From positions 90,755 through 146,216 of IMG/VR virus record IMGVR_UViG_3300035182_000695: 55,462 nt of DNA; one strand, given 5' to 3'. Position numbers and translations under genes: made by a program. The notes under the pieces were generated by a model. It did not search any database. It was not told where the DNA came from and saw nothing but the letters and a program-made list of their open reading frames with translations. Origin of the DNA: a virus. Lineage: Duplodnaviria > Heunggongvirae > Uroviricota > Caudoviricetes. Shown here piece after piece: positions 8,278-16,430 of this stretch; positions within the stretch are counted from its first letter, which is position 1; every line of letters begins with the position of its first letter.

Positions 8278-8679
8278 TTATTTATTATATTTTTTAGTTC
8301 TCCATTCTTGGAATTTTTTGTTGTTATCTTCGCTGTAAATCAAATCAAATCCAACATACTCAGAAAATTCAAACCAATCTTTTGATAAATCCAGCTGCCA
8401 CCAATTACTAGCTATTCTGTGCTTTTTACAAGTTGGAGTTGTTGTTGTTTTAGCAAAAGAATCAATGTCATCTTGAGCTAAATCACACTCGCATATTGCG
8501 CATTTTTTCCACTTGTCATTATATTCTTTAACAATTCCAAGTTCTATTTTACACAATTGTAAATTTGCGTAATCTCTATACTTATTATGCTCTTTACAAG
8601 TTAAAACTAAATCAGTTGCTTGAATCGAATTGATTTCTTCTAATGATAATTGCTTATTACAAATATGGCAGCCTTTCAT
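8278..8679 (-). CDS. Protein with duplicated Zn-finger-like motif
   Basis: CHIC...TCKEH and CAIC...TCKKH, a repeated CxxC...CxxH. Confidence 0.65.
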   Translation of the reverse strand: MKGCHICNKQLSLEEINSIQATDLVLTCKEHNKYRDYANLQLCKIELGIVKEYNDKWKKCAICECDLAQDDIDSFAKTTTTPTCKKHRIASNWWQLDLSKDWFEFSEYVGFDLIYSEDNNKKFQEWRTKKYNK

Positions 8680-8684
8680 TTGTT

Positions 8685-8900
8685 TTATTTTTTACAAAGT
8701 AAGTTTAAAAAGTATTCTGCGGCGTTGTTAGCGATGATGTGTCTATCTTCTGCATTCATAACTTTTTTACCAGTCTTCTTAGCATACCAAGTCCAATTGT
8801 CTTTGTAAGCCATTGCGATATTTGCAGACCAAGCTTGTCTTAATTCTTTATCTTCTTCCAACTGTTTAAATAGTTCGCTGCTTTTTACATCTTTTGCCAT
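8685..8900 (-). CDS. Small phage-type hypothetical protein
   Basis: W.ANIAMA..D...AAEYFL pattern reminiscent of small phage proteins. Confidence 0.6.
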   Translation of the reverse strand: MAKDVKSSELFKQLEEDKELRQAWSANIAMAYKDNWTWYAKKTGKKVMNAEDRHIIANNAAEYFLNLLCKK

Positions 8901-8917
8901 TTTATCAATTTTAAAAA

Positions 8918-9226
8918 TTAATGTTTGTTTTTTTTATTTTTCTTTTTCGATTTACGGAATTCAAATTCACATTTCTGTCTATCAAGTTTTCTCTTCATAG
9001 ATTTAATTTCAGTTTGCATTGCTCTAATCTTAGAATTGTTTTTAAAACGATTCTCTTCGAGATGTTCGATTCTCTCATTAAGCTGCTCATCTCTTGCAAT
9101 CTGCTTTCTTTTAAAGAATCTTAATAAATTGTGTAATTCATTTCTGAAAATTTTAATTAGAATTAAGATTATTGCTCCAATTATTGTATAACAAGTTAAT
9201 TGTCCAAGCGTAGTTATTTCTAGCAT
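8918..9226 (-). CDS. Membrane protein with N-terminal TM and coiled coil
   Basis: TIIGAIILILIKIF then a basic coiled coil. Confidence 0.6.
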   Translation of the reverse strand: MLEITTLGQLTCYTIIGAIILILIKIFRNELHNLLRFFKRKQIARDEQLNERIEHLEENRFKNNSKIRAMQTEIKSMKRKLDRQKCEFEFRKSKKKNKKNKH

Positions 9227-9229
9227 AGT

Positions 9230-9595
9230 TTATTTTTTATAGTGTTTGAAAACGAACATCAAAATAACATCAATAACATTTTTTGAAGTGTGTATTTCCG
9301 TATCGTATTTTATGGTGTAAAAACCATCGATTTCAGAAAGCTCAATATCTTTAAATTTATCGGGAGGTATATTTGTGTGTTCTAAATATCCCATTGCTAA
9401 CGGTAAACTAAATGCAGGATACATTTTTGCTCCTGTAATTTTCTCAAGCCATCCGCCATCTCCAAGCTCGCCTTGCTCATCGTAAGAGTAGAATGTGTTT
9501 TCGCAATTGAATCCATTAGCCTTCGCTTGCTTTGCAATTTCAAAAGAGCATACGCTTGATTTGAATAGTTCTTGTAAGTCAATAATTTTTTTCAT
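9230..9595 (-). CDS. Hypothetical protein
   Basis: Fits the operon packing. Confidence 0.6.
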   Translation of the reverse strand: MKKIIDLQELFKSSVCSFEIAKQAKANGFNCENTFYSYDEQGELGDGGWLEKITGAKMYPAFSLPLAMGYLEHTNIPPDKFKDIELSEIDGFYTIKYDTEIHTSKNVIDVILMFVFKHYKK

Positions 9596-9606
9596 ACTTA
9601 TTTATT

Positions 9607-10413
9607 TTACATTAATTGTTTTATGAATTTAGGTAACTTGTTTTTTGGTTTTTTGTTTTTTGCAATTGCTTTCGCTATATCTAATCTATATTGCGGGTGT
9701 TGAGCAATATCTTTTTTAGGATGAAATACATTTTCAGGCAGTAATAAAAATTCATCTATGTTCCATTCTCCCATCCAAACTATACTCTTCAACTCGAAAG
9801 GCTCGCATACAATTAAATCGCTTTGCATAGCAATTGTATTAAGCATAACTTCAACATAAAATAATTTCTTATGCTCGTTTGCGTATTTACTAATTGACTC
9901 AAGCATTTGTTTAGACATACCGATACCGCAAGCCATAGAGTAGTAGTAAGGTGCGCCTATCTTAGCTTCTTTGTAAACATTTCTCCAATGCCAATCTAAT
10001 AAGTCATCGTCCTTTAATGTATTGTTTGATGTTATTAAATCGTACTGAGAATATTTGTTATGTAAGTTTTTTATTACATCAATGTTTGGAATAAAAACAT
10101 CGTCCTCAAAAATCCAAACGAAATCGTATGATTTATCTACTTCGCAAAAGTGATGAAGCATTTTATCAAAAGCAATTGTGTCTTTTTTAATGTGCGTAGC
10201 ATCGCTATTAATGTTAGTGCCTGTATATCCTTTTGATGCGCACTCTTTATCATCTATTTGTATTAAAGATAAATTAGAGCTAACATTTGTTATTTTATCA
10301 TTTGAGTCAGCAACTATAAAAACATCGAACTCAGACTCACTTTTAAGCAAGCTGGCAAACGCAATCGTCTCATTGAATGGTTTTACCGTTAAGAATATTA
10401 CCGCTGTCTTCAT
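9607..10413 (-). CDS. Glycosyltransferase-like protein (GT-A fold)
   Basis: YDFVWIFEDDVF acidic motif after a beta-strand; start moved to ATG (MKTAV) because an upstream small ORF ends at 10418. Confidence 0.55.
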   Translation of the reverse strand: MKTAVIFLTVKPFNETIAFASLLKSESEFDVFIVADSNDKITNVSSNLSLIQIDDKECASKGYTGTNINSDATHIKKDTIAFDKMLHHFCEVDKSYDFVWIFEDDVFIPNIDVIKNLHNKYSQYDLITSNNTLKDDDLLDWHWRNVYKEAKIGAPYYYSMACGIGMSKQMLESISKYANEHKKLFYVEVMLNTIAMQSDLIVCEPFELKSIVWMGEWNIDEFLLLPENVFHPKKDIAQHPQYRLDIAKAIAKNKKPKNKLPKFIKQLM

Positions 10414-10417
10414 TCGT

Positions 10418-10588
10418 CTATTTGTCTTTGATATAGAATTCAATATTTTTTCTGGCTTCGCTCACGTCAGCTAAATCTTTTTTCGCTTTTTGAGTTGGCC
10501 AAGCAATTGCGGCTTCTTGTAAATTTTTTTCGTATTTAAGAAGCTGCTTATTTGCTTTTTCTAATACTGATAGTGGAACTTTATACAT
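10418..10588 (-). CDS. Hypothetical protein (56 aa)
   Basis: Hand-translated MYKVPLSVLEKANKQLLKYE...FYIKDK. Confidence 0.55.
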   Translation of the reverse strand: MYKVPLSVLEKANKQLLKYEKNLQEAAIAWPTQKAKKDLADVSEARKNIEFYIKDK

Positions 10589-10598
10589 ACTTATTTTT

Positions 10599-10757
10599 TT
10601 ATTTTGGTTTGACGAAAATTAACAACAGCATTATTAAAAATACAGATAGTGCTAAGAACACATACATTGATTTTTCTCTCATTGTAAATGCTGTTTTATA
10701 TCTCATAAAAGACGTGTATAAAAACACTAAGCATAATAATATCAAAGTTAATTTCAT
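10599..10757 (-). CDS. Small two-TM membrane protein (52 aa)
   Basis: Hand-translated MKLTLILLCLVFLY...YVFLALSVFLIMLLLIFVKPK. Confidence 0.55.
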   Translation of the reverse strand: MKLTLILLCLVFLYTSFMRYKTAFTMREKSMYVFLALSVFLIMLLLIFVKPK

Positions 10758-11228
10758 TTACTTTTTAATTTGCTGTTTTTGTTTCTCGTACTCTTCGATA
10801 ACTAATTTACCGTATTCTAAGAACATAACAATTTTTGTTTGCTCTGATAGATTGGCATCAACAGCCATTAAGTCAACGCATCTGAACAAATGTTTATTAC
10901 TACTCATCTCACTAGCTCTGCCTAAATTTACATCTAACGCATCGCTCTCAAGCTTTTGATTTTCTGTTAACTGAAACTGCTTTGTGTTTAACTTCTCCAT
11001 ACCAAGAGATAGTTGACATTGCATATTAAATTCTCTTACGAATTCGTGCGGTTGTTTATTGAATAAACGAACAGTATCTACTTGAGCTGTTTCGACTCTA
11101 CCACTCTGGTATGTATCAATTAAGTTAACAATGTTGTCGCCAACTTTCTCTGCCGATTTTACGCAACCGTGAGTTTGGATTTGTATTCTTTTACCGAATA
11201 CGTTTATTGTTTTAATTTCTAATTCCAT
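10758..11228 (-). CDS. Hypothetical protein
   Basis: 156 aa ORF in the operon. Confidence 0.6.
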   Translation of the reverse strand: MELEIKTINVFGKRIQIQTHGCVKSAEKVGDNIVNLIDTYQSGRVETAQVDTVRLFNKQPHEFVREFNMQCQLSLGMEKLNTKQFQLTENQKLESDALDVNLGRASEMSSNKHLFRCVDLMAVDANLSEQTKIVMFLEYGKLVIEEYEKQKQQIKK

Positions 11229-11248
11229 CCTTATTTGTTTTTTACAAG

Positions 11249-11320
11249 TTTTCTCTCAGAGACTCGAACTCCAATTTTGATAACCAAAATATCACGTCCT
11301 GCCAATTAGACGAAGAGAAA
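11249..11320 (-). tRNA. trnQ: tRNA-Gln (anticodon TTG), no encoded CCA
   Basis: Acceptor TTTCTCT/AGAGAAA; D arm GTCT-AATTGGC-AGGAC; anticodon arm TGATA-TTTTGGT-TATCA; T arm TGGAG-TTCGAGT-CTCTG. Confidence 0.8.
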
Positions 11321-11328
11321 ATTTAATT

Positions 11329-11643
11329 TTAAAATCTTATCGTTTTGCAACTGCTAAACGTGTTTACGAAGATACTAATTATTGGAGTAATAATCAATAT
11401 CAAAATCTTCAACACAATACTGAACTTATCAACAAAATAGAATGGAACTCCTATCATAGTCGAAACTAATTCAAGCTTATCGTCATCTATTTTGTAAGTA
11501 GTAAAGTTATGATACATAAAATTGTTTATCAATGTGAAAACTCCAATTAGCGTGTACATAAGCAAACACATTGGGATTAAAATTATTGACGCAACAATAA
11601 ATGAAAGTGTTCTGAAAAAATATTGAATTACTATCATAATCAT
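11329..11643 (-). CDS. Membrane protein (2-3 TM)
   Basis: Highly hydrophobic ORF. Confidence 0.55.
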   Translation of the reverse strand: MIMIVIQYFFRTLSFIVASIILIPMCLLMYTLIGVFTLINNFMYHNFTTYKIDDDKLELVSTMIGVPFYFVDKFSIVLKILILIITPIISIFVNTFSSCKTIRF

Positions 11644-11644
11644 T

Positions 11645-11875
11645 TTATCCTTTTGTTAATACTAAAATTGTTTTTCCGTCTTTCAGATAATTCTCTCTCA
11701 ATTCATAAATCATACGCTGAGCATTAATTAAATTGTCTCCAATACATTTTACTGAAATAAAAAAAGTGTCTTTAATTACTGAAATATCATCTTCATTAAA
11801 CATACGCAAAAGGTCCGACTTTAAATCGGACGCATTTGCATTTATGTTTTTTATATTGATTTTCATTACAGTCAT
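11645..11875 (-). CDS. Hypothetical protein
   Basis: Fits the operon packing. Confidence 0.55.
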   Translation of the reverse strand: MTVMKINIKNINANASDLKSDLLRMFNEDDISVIKDTFFISVKCIGDNLINAQRMIYELRENYLKDGKTILVLTKG

Positions 11876-11877
11876 AA

Positions 11878-12438
11878 TTACTTCATTTGAATAATTTTAC
11901 CTTCCGATTGAACAACTTCTACTGCGTCTGTTGCTGATGCAGAAATAGCTTCGTCTTTAGTTTTCGGCTCGATTTTATTTTTGTTTACAAAAACTTTAGT
12001 AGTTTTTAGTTTAGCAACCGAATCTTCCACTTTTTTAATATCAATTAAAGTATCTCTGATGAAATTTTTATCAACGTGATATTTAGCGTTCTCTCCTACA
12101 AATACAATGTATTTTGATTTAGCTTTGTCTTTCAACCATTGAATTTTTTCCTCTTCTGTTTTACCGTCTGTGTCGATATAGTAAAGAATACGAACTCTAT
12201 GTTTAGCTGTTCTAATACTTAATTGCCCTTGTAAATCGACAAGCATTTTATTCATCTTAGCCTTGTCCTTTTCTACGCAATGAGTAAGTATCTCTAGCAG
12301 AACTCTCGGAACGCTTTTCTCTACTATTTTAACGCCGCTCATATCAGGCGCTTTTACTTCTGCGTTTACTGATACGGAATCTGTATTAGACATTCCGTCG
12401 TTTTCTTCTGTTGACATTCCGTCGTTTTCTGTTGTCAT
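11878..12438 (-). CDS. Hypothetical protein
   Basis: Short N-terminal tandem duplication (ENDGMS x2). Confidence 0.6.
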   Translation of the reverse strand: MTTENDGMSTEENDGMSNTDSVSVNAEVKAPDMSGVKIVEKSVPRVLLEILTHCVEKDKAKMNKMLVDLQGQLSIRTAKHRVRILYYIDTDGKTEEEKIQWLKDKAKSKYIVFVGENAKYHVDKNFIRDTLIDIKKVEDSVAKLKTTKVFVNKNKIEPKTKDEAISASATDAVEVVQSEGKIIQMK

Positions 12439-12462
12439 AAATCTATTTTTTTTAGTGTTTAA

Positions 12463-12801
12463 TTATTTGTTGTAAGTTCCTTGTACATCTCTTAATTTTC
12501 TGTCTTCTGAACGCTTATTCATCCACATTAAAGCTTCATCAAGCTTTGTGATTACCATTGATGTATCCCTTGATGCTAACGGACCAACATTTACGGTCTC
12601 AAGATATGTTTTAACTGATTGTATTAATGTTTCAGAGAAAACACCTTCTTGTCTAAGCATAGAAGCATCTTCTTTGTTTCCTTTACAGAATACAATTTCT
12701 ATTCCTTCTCCGTCTTCAATTCCTGCGTCTGTGATTTTGAAAGTTGGCACTTTATATGTAGCGCCTTCAATTACTGTTTCGATGATTTTTGGATTTTTCA
12801 T
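12463..12801 (-). CDS. tad1: Tad1-like anti-defence sponge protein
   Basis: GP..SR....IT..DEALMWMN.R..DR..R.V.GT C-terminal signature matches Tad1 as I recall it. Confidence 0.7.
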   Translation of the reverse strand: MKNPKIIETVIEGATYKVPTFKITDAGIEDGEGIEIVFCKGNKEDASMLRQEGVFSETLIQSVKTYLETVNVGPLASRDTSMVITKLDEALMWMNKRSEDRKLRDVQGTYNK

Positions 12802-12818
12802 ATTTATTTTTTTAGTTG

Positions 12819-13547
12819 TTATTTGAATTCGTTATTTGTTCTTTTATGAAATCTATCTGATAGCATTCTCATTTTAAACAAATTAATTTTGTGTTTAAAA
12901 TAAAGTTTAAGTAGTTTAAATAATCCGCCATTGAATGTTTGTTCAATAACTACATATTTTCTAAGCTCTGATTTAGCCATCTCTCTTACAAAATCTTTAT
13001 ACGAAACCTTGTAATGTTTTATAGGAAATATAGTAATGAATAATGTAGATTTTGATTTTACGCTAAATGAAATATGTGTTCTTGAATTAACTTCTTTTGT
13101 ATTAAAAGTATTAATGTCTGCGATATTATTCTGTTGTTGATAACAATCAATAGCATTTAGTATTACAGTAGGTTGAGAAAATTCTTTTCCATTAGCATCA
13201 GCTTTATGAAACCTTAGTGAGCTTGGCATATATCTTTCTCTATCAATAGGGTTAAATGAAACCCTTAGGCCACCAATAATAATTTTTGACTCTAACGCAA
13301 TTCTACTATTTATCATTCTCATAGCGCCAAGTCCACCGCCAGGAATGTCTTGATTGTTTAGATAAGTGATTTTTAACCCTTCTTTTTCTTGAACAGATTC
13401 TAGCCCAAATATTGCGTGTTCAATATCTTTATCTGTTGTATTTTCATACATAAAAGCAATAGGCTCTTTTTCGTAAGCGTATAAGTCATACAACTTAAAG
13501 TACTTCGGAAATAAATATTCGAGTAATTTTTTAAATAATGTTTTCAT
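12819..13547 (-). CDS. Paralog of the capsid candidate 5583..6341
   Basis: ADANGK...DCYQQQNNIAD...THISF...TLFITIFP versus VDGNGK...DAYQQQSDILD...TYINF...TLVISMFP. Confidence 0.7.
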   Translation of the reverse strand: MKTLFKKLLEYLFPKYFKLYDLYAYEKEPIAFMYENTTDKDIEHAIFGLESVQEKEGLKITYLNNQDIPGGGLGAMRMINSRIALESKIIIGGLRVSFNPIDRERYMPSSLRFHKADANGKEFSQPTVILNAIDCYQQQNNIADINTFNTKEVNSRTHISFSVKSKSTLFITIFPIKHYKVSYKDFVREMAKSELRKYVVIEQTFNGGLFKLLKLYFKHKINLFKMRMLSDRFHKRTNNEFK

Positions 13548-13558
13548 ACTGTCTTTTT

Positions 13559-14326
13559 TTAGTTTGTTAAAAAATAAAGCTGCCCTCTTTGTTGAATTTT
13601 TTTTGCATTTTCTTCCGCTTCTTTGTAATCGTGTTCGGTGTGCAAGCTCTTAGGAGAATTATTTTTATCTAATTGGTCAGTATAGAATTCTTTTGTTTCG
13701 CTATTCCATATATGCACTAATCTATCAAAAGAAGTTCTCCAAATAATTAATCCTTGAATCATATCAGCACTTGAATCATCTATCGTAAATTTTATATTAG
13801 AATCATTTTCGCACTCAAGTAATGAGTTGTAATATTTATCAGGATATACTTGTACTGTTATTTTACTATTTGCTGGAATTTTAAATACCAAAAATGAGTT
13901 TGAACTTATTTTAAAACCCGCCAATGATTCTAATTCATAAACACTATTATTATTAGATTTTGCTTCGCTTATTTTAATTGGCGATACAATAACTTTACCG
14001 TCTGCATTTATACAACAAAAAGAAATATCTTCTGAAATCATTTTAGATTCTAAATTAGAAGCTTGAATTGCAACTAAGCCAATTCTAAAAGGCTTATGCG
14101 CAGATTGTCTTAGTATGTGACCGTAAGTTGTTTTTGCGCCGTAATTAATATTGCTTGCTTGCAAATTTGCAATTGATATACCAAGTTCGCTACCGTAATT
14201 TACTCTCTCCATAAATAGCGATTCTCCAAAAAGAATACAATCTTTTGTCTCATTGCATTCGTTTGTAATTTCTACAACAAAAGGGTCTTTCAAGTCTTTT
14301 TTATTTTCTAAATTTTCTGTTTTCAT
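13559..14326 (-). CDS. Second paralog of the capsid candidate 5583..6341
   Basis: DPFVVEITN...ILFG...NYG...ISIANLQA...YGHILRQS...FRIG versus DPYVIEYQN...VLFG...NYG...VQITNLQA...YGRLLAQS...FKIG. Confidence 0.75.
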   Translation of the reverse strand: MKTENLENKKDLKDPFVVEITNECNETKDCILFGESLFMERVNYGSELGISIANLQASNINYGAKTTYGHILRQSAHKPFRIGLVAIQASNLESKMISEDISFCCINADGKVIVSPIKISEAKSNNNSVYELESLAGFKISSNSFLVFKIPANSKITVQVYPDKYYNSLLECENDSNIKFTIDDSSADMIQGLIIWRTSFDRLVHIWNSETKEFYTDQLDKNNSPKSLHTEHDYKEAEENAKKIQQRGQLYFLTN

Positions 14327-14336
14327 ACTGATTTGT

Positions 14337-15071
14337 TTATAGTTGTTTTCTGAATATTTTTGATTTCTGCATTTCTTTTATTGAGCTTTCATACATACTA
14401 AACCCATCATCTGTTTTAAAGTCTTCAAAGTTAGTTTCTATACAACTCTGATTTAAAATATATGCGTTGTGATAAGCGTTTGATTTATATCTTATACAAA
14501 GTTCGTCTTTCTCATAACCTGTTCCAAAAAGACTTCTATCGAATCCTCCAATAGTGTGAATTATTTTAGTTTCTATAAAATAGATTCCTTTAATAACATT
14601 ATTTTCAGGTTCGCAAATAGTTTGCATCTGCTCAGTATTGCCATTCAAGAAAGATGTAATTATTGTTTTATCAATTCCTGTTTTTATTGATAGCACGCCA
14701 GCCCAACCAAACATCTCATTATTTGATTTAAGTAAGTCTAAAGCCCAATTCTCATTTACGAAAATGCTAGTGGGGAAAACGCAAATAAAATCTTCTGTTA
14801 CTTCCTTAAACAATTTATTATATGCTTCGTAAATAGAAATTTCTTCGCTCTCTTCAAAGTAATGTTTTTTTACAATTGGATTAAATTGGCTTGGAGAAAA
14901 GCACTCTGTTATTTTTTTAGAGTAGTATTGAATCATTGAGTCTTTACTTGCATTGTTAAGTATGTACAGAACTATATTAGCGCCATTTGATGTAGCTATT
15001 AAGTTTTCTATACATAATCTCATTTGTTTGTAGTTATCTTTAACTACTATGCAAACTGCAATTGATTTCAT
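14337..15071 (-). CDS. GT2-family glycosyltransferase-like protein, DxD apparently lost
   Basis: GT2-like N-terminus (IAVCIVVKDN...LYILNNASKD) and IGGFDRSLFGTGYE.DELC; FPTS sits where DxD is expected. Confidence 0.6.
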   Translation of the reverse strand: MKSIAVCIVVKDNYKQMRLCIENLIATSNGANIVLYILNNASKDSMIQYYSKKITECFSPSQFNPIVKKHYFEESEEISIYEAYNKLFKEVTEDFICVFPTSIFVNENWALDLLKSNNEMFGWAGVLSIKTGIDKTIITSFLNGNTEQMQTICEPENNVIKGIYFIETKIIHTIGGFDRSLFGTGYEKDELCIRYKSNAYHNAYILNQSCIETNFEDFKTDDGFSMYESSIKEMQKSKIFRKQL

Positions 15072-15073
15072 AC

Positions 15074-15277
15074 CTATTTATTTTTTTCAACTAATTTGAC
15101 GCAGCTATTAAAGTCTTCGTACATTTTTTTACTCTCATTCATTCTTCTATCAAGCTCTCTCAGTACCTTACTCGCAACACCTAATTCGATTGATAATTTT
15201 TTTGCTCCTTTCAATCGCTTCACTTCATCGAAATATTTTTTTCTTTGTTTTCTTAAAAGTGCTAGCGATTTTTTCAT
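15074..15277 (-). CDS. Basic helical hypothetical protein
   Basis: Fits the operon packing. Confidence 0.55.
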   Translation of the reverse strand: MKKSLALLRKQRKKYFDEVKRLKGAKKLSIELGVASKVLRELDRRMNESKKMYEDFNSCVKLVEKNK

Positions 15278-15279
15278 TG

Positions 15280-15531
15280 TTACTTATTTAGTACGCTGTA
15301 AAAAACTTTTATAAACTCATCTTCTAACTGATTAATTTTTTCAACTAAAATTCTTATCAATGATTGCGTTTGAAGCTTTACTATTTTTAATTCATTAATG
15401 TCGTACTCACTTTTATTTACTTTGTCCGTGTCAATTAAATGAAGTCTAATTTCGTAGCACTCAAGAAGTTTTTTTTTATCTTCAATCGCTACTTGTAAAA
15501 TTTTCATACTTATTTTTGTGGCTCTATTCAT
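15280..15531 (-). CDS. Helical hypothetical protein
   Basis: Fits the operon packing. Confidence 0.55.
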   Translation of the reverse strand: MNRATKISMKILQVAIEDKKKLLECYEIRLHLIDTDKVNKSEYDINELKIVKLQTQSLIRILVEKINQLEDEFIKVFYSVLNK

Positions 15532-15537
15532 TCAGTA

Positions 15538-16392
15538 TTATTGCAAATCGTTTCCGTAAAGCTCTCTGTAATATTGTTTAATTAATCCAAGTGTAGCTTC
15601 TTCCATTGTTACATTGTGCATCTCTTTGTAATCTTTAATATATTTTTTGTTTGCATTAACATACTTATCACAAGCGTCAAGAAATTCTTTTTTAGTAAAA
15701 TCTCCTTCTATCTTATTTAAGAAGTTATGTATGTAAACGTGAAACCTTTTATCGCCAGCAAAATATCTTGTATCTACTATTATTTGTGCTATTCTAAACA
15801 AAGCGATGTTTGGAATTTTTCCACGAATATCGTTCATGTGGTCAGTTTGACGGAATAATTTTATCCATCTACTGTTTTGAAATATACGAGGCTCAACTGG
15901 TCTCAACGATTGATAAGATATAAGTACATCAACTGCTCTATGTCTAAGATTAATAAGACCGCCAACAATTTCCTCCATGTGAGTTACAGATAAAATAAAG
16001 TTATTAATATCATCAACTGCAAGTCCTGAATTTCTAAGTACTTTAATTATATACTCAACACATTCTTTTTTCTCTTTTATAGAAAGATTTTTAGCGTCTA
16101 TTCTCCTACACTCAACAATTGATGACCTTCCCCACTCTGCAATATCTTTCATTGCAATTTTTCTAACAGGAAATCCAGGAATATCATTTTCTTCAAACTG
16201 TTCTTGAGTGTACTCTCCGTTTGTGTCAAAGATTAAAAATTTACGCCCTTTTACGCCATTGTGGAATTTATCTTTAACGTACTCTTTTATCATGTGCATA
16301 TTGCCATACGTTTTACCAACGCCCTGCAACCCTGCAATGGTCATCATCCCCGCTTCTCTTTCTTTTGACTTTATAGATTTTTTAACTTCCAT
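15538..16392 (-). CDS. A32/P9-like FtsK-HerA genome-packaging ATPase
   Basis: Walker A GLQGVGKT, strand LIFDT, Walker B LAVDD, Arg-finger/Gln sensor NLRHRAVDVLISYQ; single domain, 284 aa, no TM. Confidence 0.75.
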   Translation of the reverse strand: MEVKKSIKSKEREAGMMTIAGLQGVGKTYGNMHMIKEYVKDKFHNGVKGRKFLIFDTNGEYTQEQFEENDIPGFPVRKIAMKDIAEWGRSSIVECRRIDAKNLSIKEKKECVEYIIKVLRNSGLAVDDINNFILSVTHMEEIVGGLINLRHRAVDVLISYQSLRPVEPRIFQNSRWIKLFRQTDHMNDIRGKIPNIALFRIAQIIVDTRYFAGDKRFHVYIHNFLNKIEGDFTKKEFLDACDKYVNANKKYIKDYKEMHNVTMEEATLGLIKQYYRELYGNDLQ

Positions 16393-16430
16393 TATATAAA
16401 CATTTTATTTTCAATTACGCTTTACAATTT

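Noticed and set aside
1869-9582. Alternative-frame minus ORFs (1869..2084, 3350..3787, 6122..6331, 9397..9582)
   Set aside because: Fully nested in longer, motif-bearing ORFs; 3350..3787 is a frame echo of the repeat
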